Made by a program: the position numbers and the translations under genes. The notes beneath the pieces are model-generated. The model did not search any database. It was not told the DNA's origin and saw nothing but the letters and a program-made list of their open reading frames with translations. Below are positions 52,443-64,000 of a stretch of 64,000 nt of DNA, in pieces. Source of the stretch: Eledone cirrhosa (lineage: Eukaryota); NCBI GenBank assembly GCA_964016885.1, contig OZ024750.1, forward strand, positions 17,980,001 to 18,044,000. The letters are read 5' to 3'. Within the stretch, counting starts at the first letter, position 1, and each line of letters begins with the position of its first letter.

Positions 52443-54624
52443 GTAATTAGTAATTATCATTATTATTATTTTTTTTTTTTTTTTTTGCATTGCCTTTTAC
52501 GTTTAGTTTGGAAAAATAACATCCCCATGACTATTATTAATTCGAGAGTTTCTTGATCTCATCTTAATGAGATGGTGATAGTAGCATGTTTGTTCCTCCT
52601 TTTGTTATAGATAGCAAGTGGTGGTGTAAATTATGTTGTAACTTTATAAAATATTTGTTCTGATTATTTTCATTGTTTAATTTGTATGGCAGGAATGCTG
52701 TGTTGTTCTTCGAGTTGTATTTTTGTTATAAAGAATTTACAACACAAAATTCAACTAACAAATACATCACAAGGGAAACTTCAATGGTGAAGAAAAAACT
52801 GAATCAATATGTATAGTCATGACCTTACCTAATTACACCTCTCAAAGGCGATGACACACGACCGTGGCCTCTGGCGTCACGCAGTAATACAGAGTACCCG
52901 ACCTCCCATGGGTACAAGCCGAAGCTGAAGCATATAGACAATATGCCCCCACACCCTCCCACTGCAAAGTGGTCGTGGAGGTGCCACGCAAAAAAATCAC
53001 CCAGCCCACACTGTAAAGTGGACGTGTAGGCGCCACGGAAAAAAGCACCCAGCACTCAATGTAAATGAGGTTGGTGTTAGGAAGGGCATCCAGCTGTAGA
53101 AATCAAGCCAAAATCAGTTCCTGTATGAGCAAGGCATGGTCAGCCGACCGGACACTGCCCACAACAGGACAACCTGTCTAACCCATGCTAGCATGGAAGA
53201 ACGGACGTAAAACGGTGATGATGAGGATGATGATGATGGATATGCGGTAAATAGGCAGAGCTGTTAGAACATCAAATAGAATGCTTTGCGGTATTCATTT
53301 TGGCGCTCTGCTCTATGAGTTCAAAATCCCGCTGAGATCGACTTTGCCTTTCATCCATTCGCGATCGATAAAAAGTATCAGTTAAATACTGGGATTGATT
53401 CTTCCTCTATATCTCTTTCTCGCTTCCTTTCTCTCACTCTCTCCTTCCTCTTCTGGAAGAAATTTGCTATATTGAAACTTGGAGAGGATTGGGCTCCGGC
53501 AGATTTTACAAAGCTCTGGTAACATCGTATGTCAATGCGGTGCCCCCACAACTCGTTCAGGTGTTACTAGTCCATCCATATTCTGGTATAAAAGAGATGA
53601 AATACATTTAACATACAGCTATATGGGACAATGATTTAACGACGATGGTGATATATTTCCCTCCCCCTTCTCACATTCCTGATACACCTTTCGTATCCAA
53701 CTCATTCATGCGTGGAAAGCCAGACACACCCCGTGTATGCTCCGTCATATTGCTCTTGCCACAACAAAAGAAAGCATTTAGTGTAATTCGAAAGGTAGTC
53801 ACGGTAGTACCCCGACAAAAGAGCACCCAGTCCACCCTGTAAAGTTATTGCACGTGTACCACAACAAAAACCACCCAGTCCACTATATAAAGCGGTAGTG
53901 GTGGTGCCACGTAAAAAGCTCCCAGTCTACACTGTAATGTGGTTGGCTTTAGGAAGGGCACCCGGCTGTAGAAAACCAAACCAGGAACAGATCCCTTTTG
54001 AGGCAGATATAGTCACCCAAGATCACCAGTTGATGTGACAACTCGTCTAACCCATGAAAGGATGGAAAATACTTAGACATTAAACGGTGATGGTGAGGAT
54101 TACTTATATACACACACACACACACACACACAAACACACAGACACACAGACACACAGACACACACACAAACACACATACACATACAGACACGCACACACA
54201 TACATACACACATGCAAATACACACATACAAGCATGCACGCATATACACAGACAAATACACACACAAACACACACACAAACACACACATACACACACATA
54301 GACACATACACACACACACATAGACACACACACACATACACCCATGCAAATACACACACAAGCACACACACACACACATACATACACACACGCAAATACA
54401 CGGACAAGCACACACACACACATACACAAACACACACAACACATACATACACATTCGGAATTACACACACAAACACACAAGTAGACACACATACACACAC
54501 ATAGACACACACACACATATATACATACATGCACACAAATACACACACAAGCACACACAAGCACACACACGCATATATATTACATTCATGATACAGATTC
54601 TTCGGTTTATATATTATTTCACAG

Positions 54625-54681
54625 GAAGGAATTGGCCATTTACCCAAAGGCCCCAGCGGCCAGACCATTGATGCTGATTTG
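54625..54681 (+). CDS. Micro-exon 28 (57 nt): EGIGHLPKGPSGQTIDADL
   Basis: tatattatttcacAG ... GTaattatt. Confidence 0.88.
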
Positions 54682-54739
54682 GTAATTATTATCCTTTATT
54701 TGTATTACATTGTTAGTTTTTTTTTTTTGGGGGGGGGAG

Positions 54740-55480
54740 ATTAACCCAGGTTCTACTGCACTTCGGGCTGAAGAGGATTGGCATGCGCAGCCAAGTTAGA
54801 AGTGGTATGTCGCTGCAGATCCACCGTGGACTCCACCCGCTTTCCTGTCATTGCAGTGCAGGCCGTCTTCCACGCCATGCTGCCCTCAACAAGGTCATAA
54901 AGCTTAGCTTGGATGCTACAGGCTTCCCCTCCCAGCTCGAGCCAGTGGGGCTGGCCCGAAGGGACGGCAAAAGGCCAGACGGTAAGACCATCTTCCCGAT
55001 CCGCGGTGGCAAACCCCTACTCTGGGATGCCACTTGCAGCGACACTTTCCCCCAGCTGCAACCTGGAGCAATCTGCGACTAACCCCGGTTCTGCTGTACT
55101 TCGGACTGAAGAGGACAAACTCTCCAAGTACCGGTCACTCTCTGACAGGTTTGCGGTCGTCCCCTTGGCAATGGAGACTTCTGGTGTCCTTGGCCCTTGG
55201 GCTACCTCCCTACTCACCACCATAGGTGCTGAGCTGGCCAGCTGCAGGTGTGAGCCTTGCGAGATGGAATGGCTCTTCCAGCACATCTCCCTTACCATCC
55301 TCCGGGGAAATGCTTTCTCCATTCTGTCCGCCGGGGCTGTGGGGCAGCCAGCATGTGGGACCCCATTTGCTCATCATACGGAGAGATGGGGGAGGGCAAG
55401 AGAGATGGAGGCGATGACGGTGGGAGTTTAGCTCTTCTGTGTTCAGACACATTGCACCTGTCATGAGGATCATGTGATAA
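54740..55480 (+). mobile_element. CRE/SLACS-clade non-LTR element 3' end (REL endonuclease), frameshifted
   Basis: [69 protein letters not shown]; it interrupts the cassette downstream motif. Confidence 0.85.
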
Positions 55481-57180
55481 TTTCATTTGGAACAATAACG
55501 TTCCTCTGCTGGATTGGCAGTGTCGGTAGCGCATCGGATACCATGCTTTGCAGCATAGAGTTACGGCCCTTTACATTCTCAGTTGAAATCCTGCCGAGGT
55601 TAACTTTGCCTTTCATCCTTACGGGGTCGATAATATAAAGTACCAGTAATGCACTGGGGCCGATTTAATCGACTTTCCCCTTTCTTTCAAATTACTGGCC
55701 TGTGCAAACTAAGCACACAATAAACAACACAAAAACAAGATGGTGTAGGACAGAACAAAGGAGCGACACAAAATAAAAACCTAGTCACTGAGGTGGTCAC
55801 TGAATGTGTGACGAAAGAGTTTTGACAATATATAAACAACGATCCGGTTATCGAACCAACCACTTCAATTTATATAATAAATTGAAGTGAAAACCAACAG
55901 GTGCATGTGTTTTTATTGACAGCATGACCCTCCCAAAGTATAACAATATATATATATATATATATATATCATCATCATCATCATCATCATCATATATATA
56001 TATATATATATTGTTATAATATTGCCAGAAATAATAACAGAACACACTCACTATTTGGTTTGGGTTGGTTTTCGCTTCTGTATCTTTTATATCTCCATAG
56101 TTAATTCATCTGGCAATCAATGTTGTTGCAGATGTGTATTTTAAAGAGCTCAGGATTTCTTCTCCTTGGAGCACATTATTTACAGAGAATAGCGAGGGCC
56201 TATGCCTCCGTTAATTTATCGTGATATTTCGCTCCTAATAACAGTCTTTCCTATCTCTGTTTGGTTGAGCACACTTCTCTGAGTGGCTTTGGGCTGCCCT
56301 TTCTAGCAGTTCGTCCCTCAGAGGCCACTGGTTCACTGCCCTTAAACACGCTGTGACTTCTCTCTCCCACGTTTAGCTGGACAGCCACTTTTAAAATTCT
56401 CTTAGTGTTGTCTGAAATGTATAGCCTTACACACGCTGATGAACCGAGGCTAACTCATTTCTTTCAACAAATTACTGGTGAAACATATCTTTGGATTAGT
56501 ATCTTTGGATTTGTACGTGTGTTATATAGTTATAGAGTTATTTATTTACGCTTTAATTTATATTTTTAATTATCGTGTCTATAGTCTGCCTTTCATAGGT
56601 TATAGATTCCATACACTGGTGGTTTTTTTCCCTGTTTTATTGATAACGCACTGTATATCTCTCTCTAGTGTGTTACCTTTTCAACATATTGTATGATATA
56701 AATATATATATATATATAGTCTATCAAAGTTCTTTCGTCGCACATCTGCAACAACATTGATTGCCAGATGAATTAACTATGGAGATATAAAAGATACAGA
56801 AGCAAAAATCAACCCAAACCAAACAGTGAGTGTGTTTTATTATTATTTCTGGCGATATTACGTTGGTGGATTGGCAGTATCGGTAGAGAGTCAGACACCA
56901 TGCTTTGACACTTGCCATTCTGAGTTCAAATCCCGCCGAGGTTAACTTTGCCTTTCATCCTTACGGGGTCGATAAAATAAAGTACCAGTAATACGCTGGA
57001 ATAATTGCTGGCCTTGTGCCAAAAGTAGAAACAATTATTTCTGGCAGTATTATAACAATATGACCCTCCCCAAGTATAACAATATTTGTTTCGACACATG
57101 ATTTCATTTCAAATACCTTGCTAAACAAATATATATATATAATGATATATATATGATGATATATATATATGATATATATA

Positions 57181-57238
<58 letters not shown>

Positions 57239-57302
57239 CTGTGTATGTGTGTGTGTGTGTGTGTGTGATGATATATAAATATATATATATACATATATAT
57301 AT

Positions 57303-57368
<66 letters not shown>

Positions 57369-57625
57369 ATATATATATATATGTGTGTGTGTGTGTGATG
57401 ATATATATATATATATATATATATCCTGATGATTTCTCCTGAATGAAACAGTTCTAGTCCTGTAGAAGCAATTTCTATATTAAAAATGTATACTCTGCCA
57501 TGTATTGAGTACCTTAGTACTTTATTTACTGTGGTTACCCCCGATTGAACCCGGGAGAAACCTATATATATATGTGTGTGTGTTATCTTAATGCTGTAGA
57601 ATGTATATTTATGTATTATTCACAG

Positions 57626-57670
57626 GAAGGAATTGATCAAATTTCCATGCAGTCCATCGATGTTGACAAG
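57626..57670 (+). CDS. Micro-exon 29 (45 nt): EGIDQISMQSIDVDK
   Basis: tttatgtattattcacAG ... GTaattat. Confidence 0.88.
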
Positions 57671-58158
57671 GTAATTATATCTTCATTACGATGTTAATTA
57701 TCAATTCAAGATTTTCTTGGCCACCTCCTCTTAATGAAATGACAATAGTGTTGTTTTCCGTATTCTTGTATACTTACATACATACATACATACATACATG
57801 GTGGCTGCCAACTCGTTTTCGAGTACGGCCACTACTTTATATCCATGTAGGAGAACCCCTACCGATGCGCTGAACGAGTGTGACTTTTTAGTCCAGCCAG
57901 CGACTTGAAAACTCTGCTACAAACACTACACTTGTGACAATTATTGACAAATAATGCTGGGCCCATGGTACCATGTGACGACAAGTGCAGAGAGATCTCC
58001 AGATATAAAGCAATGCCTGTGCCGTGAAGCTTTTATAGTGAGCAAAGGCACTGCACAAAGCCAGTCCCACTCTCTTAACCAAGATGATATTTACCATTTA
58101 TTAGTCCAGAATTAGCCGTCGAAACGGCTTGAGTTCAGTCGTCGGGGTCCTACTCGTT

Positions 58159-58232
<74 letters not shown>

Positions 58233-58239
<7 letters not shown>

Positions 58240-58385
58240 TAAAATAACAGATTAAAGTTTAAGCAAAGAATTGCTGCTTTCACCCTTAACGGGATCTTCT
58301 GAAACTCTTCAGTTTCAGAAGATCCCGTTAAGGGTGAAAGCAGCAATTCTTTGCTTAAACTTTAATCTGTTATTTTAATAAATAT
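58233..58385. mobile_element. About 73-bp inverted duplication with a variant hammerhead core
   Basis: Arms mirror around 58308; gttt-CAGAAGA-tccc(gttaa)gggt-GAAA-gca..tgc-tta-aac. Confidence 0.6.
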
Positions 58386-58467
58386 TTGCTCTTCGGTTCT
58401 TATATATCTGATATATATTTTCCTTATCGAGCCCTCTTTGGATTTTAGTCTTCAATTTTATTATTAT

Positions 58468-58519
<52 letters not shown>

Positions 58520-58571
58520 AGGTGTATTATTAGTGTATTATAGTAAGGTGTATTATATATATAGTAAGGTG

Positions 58572-58610
<39 letters not shown>

Positions 58611-58715
58611 AACGAGTAGGGGTCCTACTTGTTCCTATTACCCACTCTACTACCCTAAGTATTGAGTACTTTGGTGCGTTATGGTCCATCTTGTTCCTTA
58701 CCACATTTCCTTCAT

Positions 58716-58757
<42 letters not shown>

Positions 58758-59751
58758 GCTAGTGCTAGGAGTATTGGATTTATAATCATTATGTTGTGGG
58801 TTCGATTCCTGGGTTGTGTGTTGTGTTCTTGAGCAAAACACTTCATTTCACGTTGCTCCAGTATACTCAGCTGAAAATGAGTACCAACAATATCTGGGGG
58901 TTTAACCATGGCGGAGGGGGGGGGGGTCATGTACTCTCAGTCGCTTCATGCCATGAAACCGTGATAAGCACCGGCCAAATGAGCCTTCTGGCTTAAGACT
59001 GACTTTAGACTTAGATATATATATATATATATATATAATATATATATATAATATAATATATATATATATAGATATATATATATATATAAACGGAAAAAAT
59101 GAAACGAAATTTCATTTCCCACTCTTAGTACGGCTGTTACTTAAATATAAGTATGTACACGTACATACATATATGTATACAGACTTACAGTAGTATGTAT
59201 ATATATATACATACATGCACACATATATATATATGTACGTATGGATTCACCGAACATTTATTATAATGCTCGGTGTGTTTGTAAACAAACATCCCGTATT
59301 AAGCCGTAGTGTCTAGCAACCATCGTTGCTCGTTTGTTCAACACTGACAAAGGAACGCTGTACTAGTTTCAAGCTTATTAGCTATCGTCAGCAATGTATA
59401 CCTTCCTGCCAGATTGTTGAACGTATATACTTACCTTATGCATATTAACGGCTGAGTGGCCCAATTTGCATATCGAGTGGGTTAATCGGCCGGGTGCGCC
59501 GAAAACGATAAACGGAAAAAATGAAACGAAATTTCATTTCCCACTCTTAGTACGGTTGTTACTTAAATATATGTATACAGACGTTGCTAGACACTACGGC
59601 TTAATACGGGATGTTTGTTTACAAACACACCGAGCATTATAATAAATGTTCGGTGAATCCATACGTACATATATATGTGTGTGCATGTATGTATATATAT
59701 ATATACATACTACTGTACGTCTGTATACGTATATGTATGTACGTGTACATA

Positions 59752-59802
<51 letters not shown>

Positions 59803-59960
59803 TGAAAGGGAGTGAGAGTGTGAAAGAGATGATGTTGATGATGTTGATGATGTTTATGGTGATTAGTTATATACACACACATATATACACTTATATACAC
59901 ATATATACACACATATATATATATTATCTTGATACTATAAAAATTTCTTTTATTTCACAG

Positions 59961-60017
59961 CAAAAGACTGGTCATTTTGTTAGACATGTAACCGAATCAC
60001 TCACCGAACTTGACCTG
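59961..60017 (+). CDS. Micro-exon 30 (57 nt): QKTGHFVRHVTESLTELDL
   Basis: tatttcacAG ... GTaattatc. Confidence 0.85.
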
Positions 60018-60092
60018 GTAATTATCATCATCCGATCCAATTGCTTTATTAGTTTGGAACAATAACATTTCAAGGATTTCTTAGTCTTATAT

Positions 60093-60885
60093 AATAATTG
60101 TTTCTACTTTTGGCACAAAGCCAGCAAATTCTCCAGTGCATTACTGGTACTTTATTTTAGCGACCCCGTAAGGATGAAAGGCAAAGTTAACCTCGGCGGG
60201 ATTTGAACTCAGAATAGCAAGGGCCGTAACTCTATGCTGGAAAGCATGGCGTCCGACCCTCTACCGATACTGCCAATTCACCGCCCTTATTAGTCTTATA
60301 TAATAATTGTTTCTACTTTAGGCACAAGGCCAGCAATTACCCAGTGCATTACTGGCACTTTATTTTATCGACCCCGTAAGGATGAAAGGCAAAGTCAACC
60401 TCGGCGGGATTTGAACTCAGATCGTAAAGGGACGTAACTATGCTGGAAAGCATGGCGTCCGACCCTCTACCGATACTGCCAATTCACCGCCCTTATTAGT
60501 CTTATATAATAATGGTTTCTGATTGAAGTACAAGACCAACAACTTTGGTGGAAGGGGAAAGTCGTTTAAATCAACCCCAGTGTATTACTGGTGCTTGATT
60601 CTATCGACTTCGTAAGGATGAAAGGCAAAGCTAACGTCGGCAGAATTTAAACTCAGATCATAAAGGGCCTTAACTCTATGCTATAAAGCATGGTATCCAA
60701 CACTTTACTCATATTGCCAATCAACATATAATTAATTGTTTCTTCTTTTGGCACAAGGCCAGTAATTATCCCAGTACATTACTGGTACTTTATTTTATCG
60801 ACCCCGTAAGGATGAAAGGCAAAGTTAACCTCGGCGGGATTTGAACTCAGACCGTAAATGGCCGTAACTCTATGCTGCATAGGCA
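60093..60885 (-). mobile_element. Four tandem OR-type SINE copies on the minus strand
   Basis: Reverse complement of the SINE consensus four times. Confidence 0.85.
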
Positions 60886-61544
60886 TAATATCAACATGCC
60901 AGCGTGACGTTAGTGATGTTGTTTGCTTACTACGTTTTTCCACGTTTTCCACATAATGTTCAATACTATCTCTGGAATTGGGAGCTCCTCAGATATCTGT
61001 TCGCATGTAGACTCACGTTCAAGTCTACATGTTGACTTATATCTAAGTATCTTCCGATTCAAGAGTCAGGATTGAACATTAATCCACCGTCCCTCGAGCT
61101 GATCGGCAGTCATCATCATCATCAAGCTAATGAGATTAGAAGTAAGAACCTTTGTATTCTCTCAGATTAAAGATTAGCCTTGAAATGTTAGAGTCCTCTT
61201 TTCCACACAACATACAAACTTATTAACTTTATTGCATCGTTTTTGCTTAAACAGACCATCGCTAGTTTCCATGGAAACTATCGCATGTAGACTCACGTTC
61301 AAGTCTACATGTTGACTTATATCTGAGTATCTTCCGATTCAAGAGTCAGGATTGAACATTAATCTACCGTCCCTCGAGCTGATCGGCAGTGAAACATATG
61401 TAATATGTAATTAAATATGTATATGATGCAACACTGATTCTTTGTTCCCTTATATATTATTATGTATACTCTGCTCCCCACGAGCATCGAGTGCTCATCT
61501 TGGCATACCGCCTACAGATGCAATTAATTTGCACCTCTAATACC

Positions 61545-61580
<36 letters not shown>

Positions 61581-61639
61581 GATGTATACATATATAATCT
61601 AAATAATATAAAATGTCCTGTTCAAATTTTTTTTTGCAG

Positions 61640-61690
61640 AGTAGACCTGGCATAAGCCCGAAAATATCCACCGAATACTTCCCTAATATG
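61640..61690 (+). CDS. Micro-exon 31 (51 nt): SRPGISPKISTEYFPNM
   Basis: tttttttgcAG ... ATG|GTaaata followed by tttagtttggaa. Confidence 0.75.
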
Positions 61691-62419
61691 GTAAATAAGA
61701 TCCTCAATTTTAAATTTAGTTTGGAATTATGGTGTTCCTATGTCAGCTATCATGCATACATACATAATACATAATACATACATACATGCATGCATACATA
61801 CATACTCACACATACATACATAGATACATACATACATAAATACATACTCACACATACATACATACATACATACATACATACATACATACATACATACATA
61901 CATGCATACATACATACTCACACATACATACATAGATACATACATACATAAATACATACTCACACATACATACATACATACATACATACATACATACATA
62001 CATAAATACATACTCACATATACATACATACATACATACATACATACATACATACATACATACATACATACATACATACATACATACATACATACATACA
62101 TACCGGTTTCGATGTATTATAAAATTCATCTTATCAAATGTTGAGCATTACAATTAATAAGAATTAAAAACAGAAAATTAAAGATCTAAAATTAAGAGGT
62201 AAGTTTTTTTCCCATCTTCCTTGCTTAGAAGGGGACTAGAGAATGAACCCTTGCATATAGAGAGAGGTGGAGTCATGAAGTAGCAGCAACAGTAATGGCA
62301 GGTGTGTTTCTTCACAGAACAATATATATATACAGATAGGAAGAGAGGATGATTTACTAAAATATACACACAAAATCTACAGATTTTTTGTTTCTGATTT
62401 TCTTTTTTTTATGCCACAG

Positions 62420-62479
62420 CAAATAATTTTCGAAAGTCCCGAACATTCCAGTGATTCCACAAGCGATTATCCCAAAATG
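62420..62479 (+). CDS. Micro-exon 32 (60 nt): QIIFESPEHSSDSTSDYPKM
   Basis: atgccacAG ... GTaattattatcttctg plus the full downstream motif. Confidence 0.85.
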
Positions 62480-62670
62480 GTAATTATTATCTTCTGTTCC
62501 TATTGCCTTGTTAGTCTTTTACGTTTAGCTTGGAACAATGACGTTCCTACGTTATCATTTCAAGGCTCTCTTGATGATGTGACGAAAGTGGTGCATTTTT
62601 ATCGCGTTTTGTATTAAGTCACAAGTGATCATGAGAATGACGCTGTAACTTATAAGATTTTCATGGTGGC

Positions 62671-62724
<54 letters not shown>

Positions 62725-62958
62725 GGTGGTGGTGGTGGTGGTAGTTGTGTTTTTTCACACAGAACAAAACTATTTTTAGGGAGAGGGAGCTTTTCTGTAA
62801 ATATGTGTGTGTGTCTCAATACTCTTTTACTCTATTACCCGTTCCAGCCATCATATTTATATATATGATGACTAAAATTTCTTTAGTCAAAAATACGGTG
62901 AAAGCTATTCTATTTTCTAATTTCAAACCTGCTCACTGTTTCAAAACATACTTACTTG

Positions 62959-62995
<37 letters not shown>

Positions 62996-63331
62996 AGCTG
63001 ACGGGCGTATGTAGTAACAAACTTTTCGCCAAACGGCTGGACCAAACAGCACCAAATTTGCACAATAGATTAAAGTAAGATTAAAGATATTTTATTGTTT
63101 ATTTAAATATTCACTTCTTTAAAATGTTCAAATGTCAACACTTCTGGTTAGCGATCTCTCTCTTTCTTAGTCTGTCTTTTTAGATAGATACATAGCTATA
63201 ACGTTGCGCCCTTATAATATCTGGCTGTATGTCTGGCTGTCTGCATTACGAAAACCATTGTGTACATTGACTTCGCTATCTGTGTGTGTGTGTGTGTATA
63301 TATGTATATATAGTGTGTGTATATATATATA

Positions 63332-63367
<36 letters not shown>

Positions 63368-63723
63368 TTAGTATCATTAGAGACAGTTTACTTTGTACAT
63401 TTTATTACAGCATTCCTTTATACGTATATATACGTATATATACGTATATATACGTATATATACGTATATATACGTATATATACATACATAAACATGTTAT
63501 TTACAGTTGTATAAAAAAGAAGTATAATTGTTTCTACTTTTGGCACAAGGCCACCAACTATCCCAGTACATTACTGGTACGTTATTATATATAATATATA
63601 TAATATGACATTCCTCTCTCTTTCTTAGTCTGTCCTTTTAGATAGATACATACCTATAATGTCGCGCCCTTATCATATCTGTCTGTATGTCTGCCTGTCT
63701 GCATTGACTTTGCTTCTAACCAA

Positions 63724-64000
63724 CATATTTTCAACAGTAATACTATACTATATATTTTCAACAGTAATACTATACTATATATTTTCAACAGTAATACTAT
63801 ACTATATATTTTCAACAGTAATACTATACTATATATTTTCAACAGTAATACTATACTATATGTTTTCAACAGTAATATTATACTATATATTTTCAACAGT
63901 AATACTATATATTTTCAACAGTGATACTATACTATATGTTTTCATCAGTAATATTAAACTATATATTTTCAACAGTAATACTATACTATATATTTTCAAC
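63724..64000. repeat. 27-bp minisatellite (tatattttcaacagtaatactatacta)n running off the window end
   Basis: About 10 tandem units. Confidence 0.92.

Noticed and set aside
63400-63430. ttattacAG cattcctttatac GT as a possible exon
   Set aside because: 13 nt, not frame-preserving; the GT is part of a (tatatatacg)n repeat; no cassette donor block.

Overview
AT-rich animal genomic DNA packed with microsatellites, tRNA-derived SINEs, and RTE, R4/Dong, CRE, Penelope and Helitron fragments. The SINE family and microsatellite load suggest an octopus or related cephalopod (inference). Almost all ORFs in the supplied track are low-complexity artefacts. The main hidden structure is the internal part of one + strand gene built from 32 homologous exon cassettes spread from 4.5 to 62.5 kb. 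Each cassette has a conserved acceptor (consensus taatactatagaattttctgtttatgtaatattttacAG) and donor (GTaattattatcttctatttgtatt). They comprise 28 intact phase-0 micro-exons of 33-60 nt, one cassette expanded to a 1140-nt collagen-like (Gly-X-Pro) exon, two pseudo-exons with destroyed acceptors, and one 44-nt frame-shifting exon. Intact exons total about 845 aa. No start or stop exon was recognised. The introns also hold about ten minimal type-I hammerhead ribozyme motifs in Penelope-type elements, often inverted-duplicated and embedded in (TA)n. Other features are an intact tRNA-Ser(AGA) joined to an RTE 3' tail, a tandem SINE array and several minisatellites.
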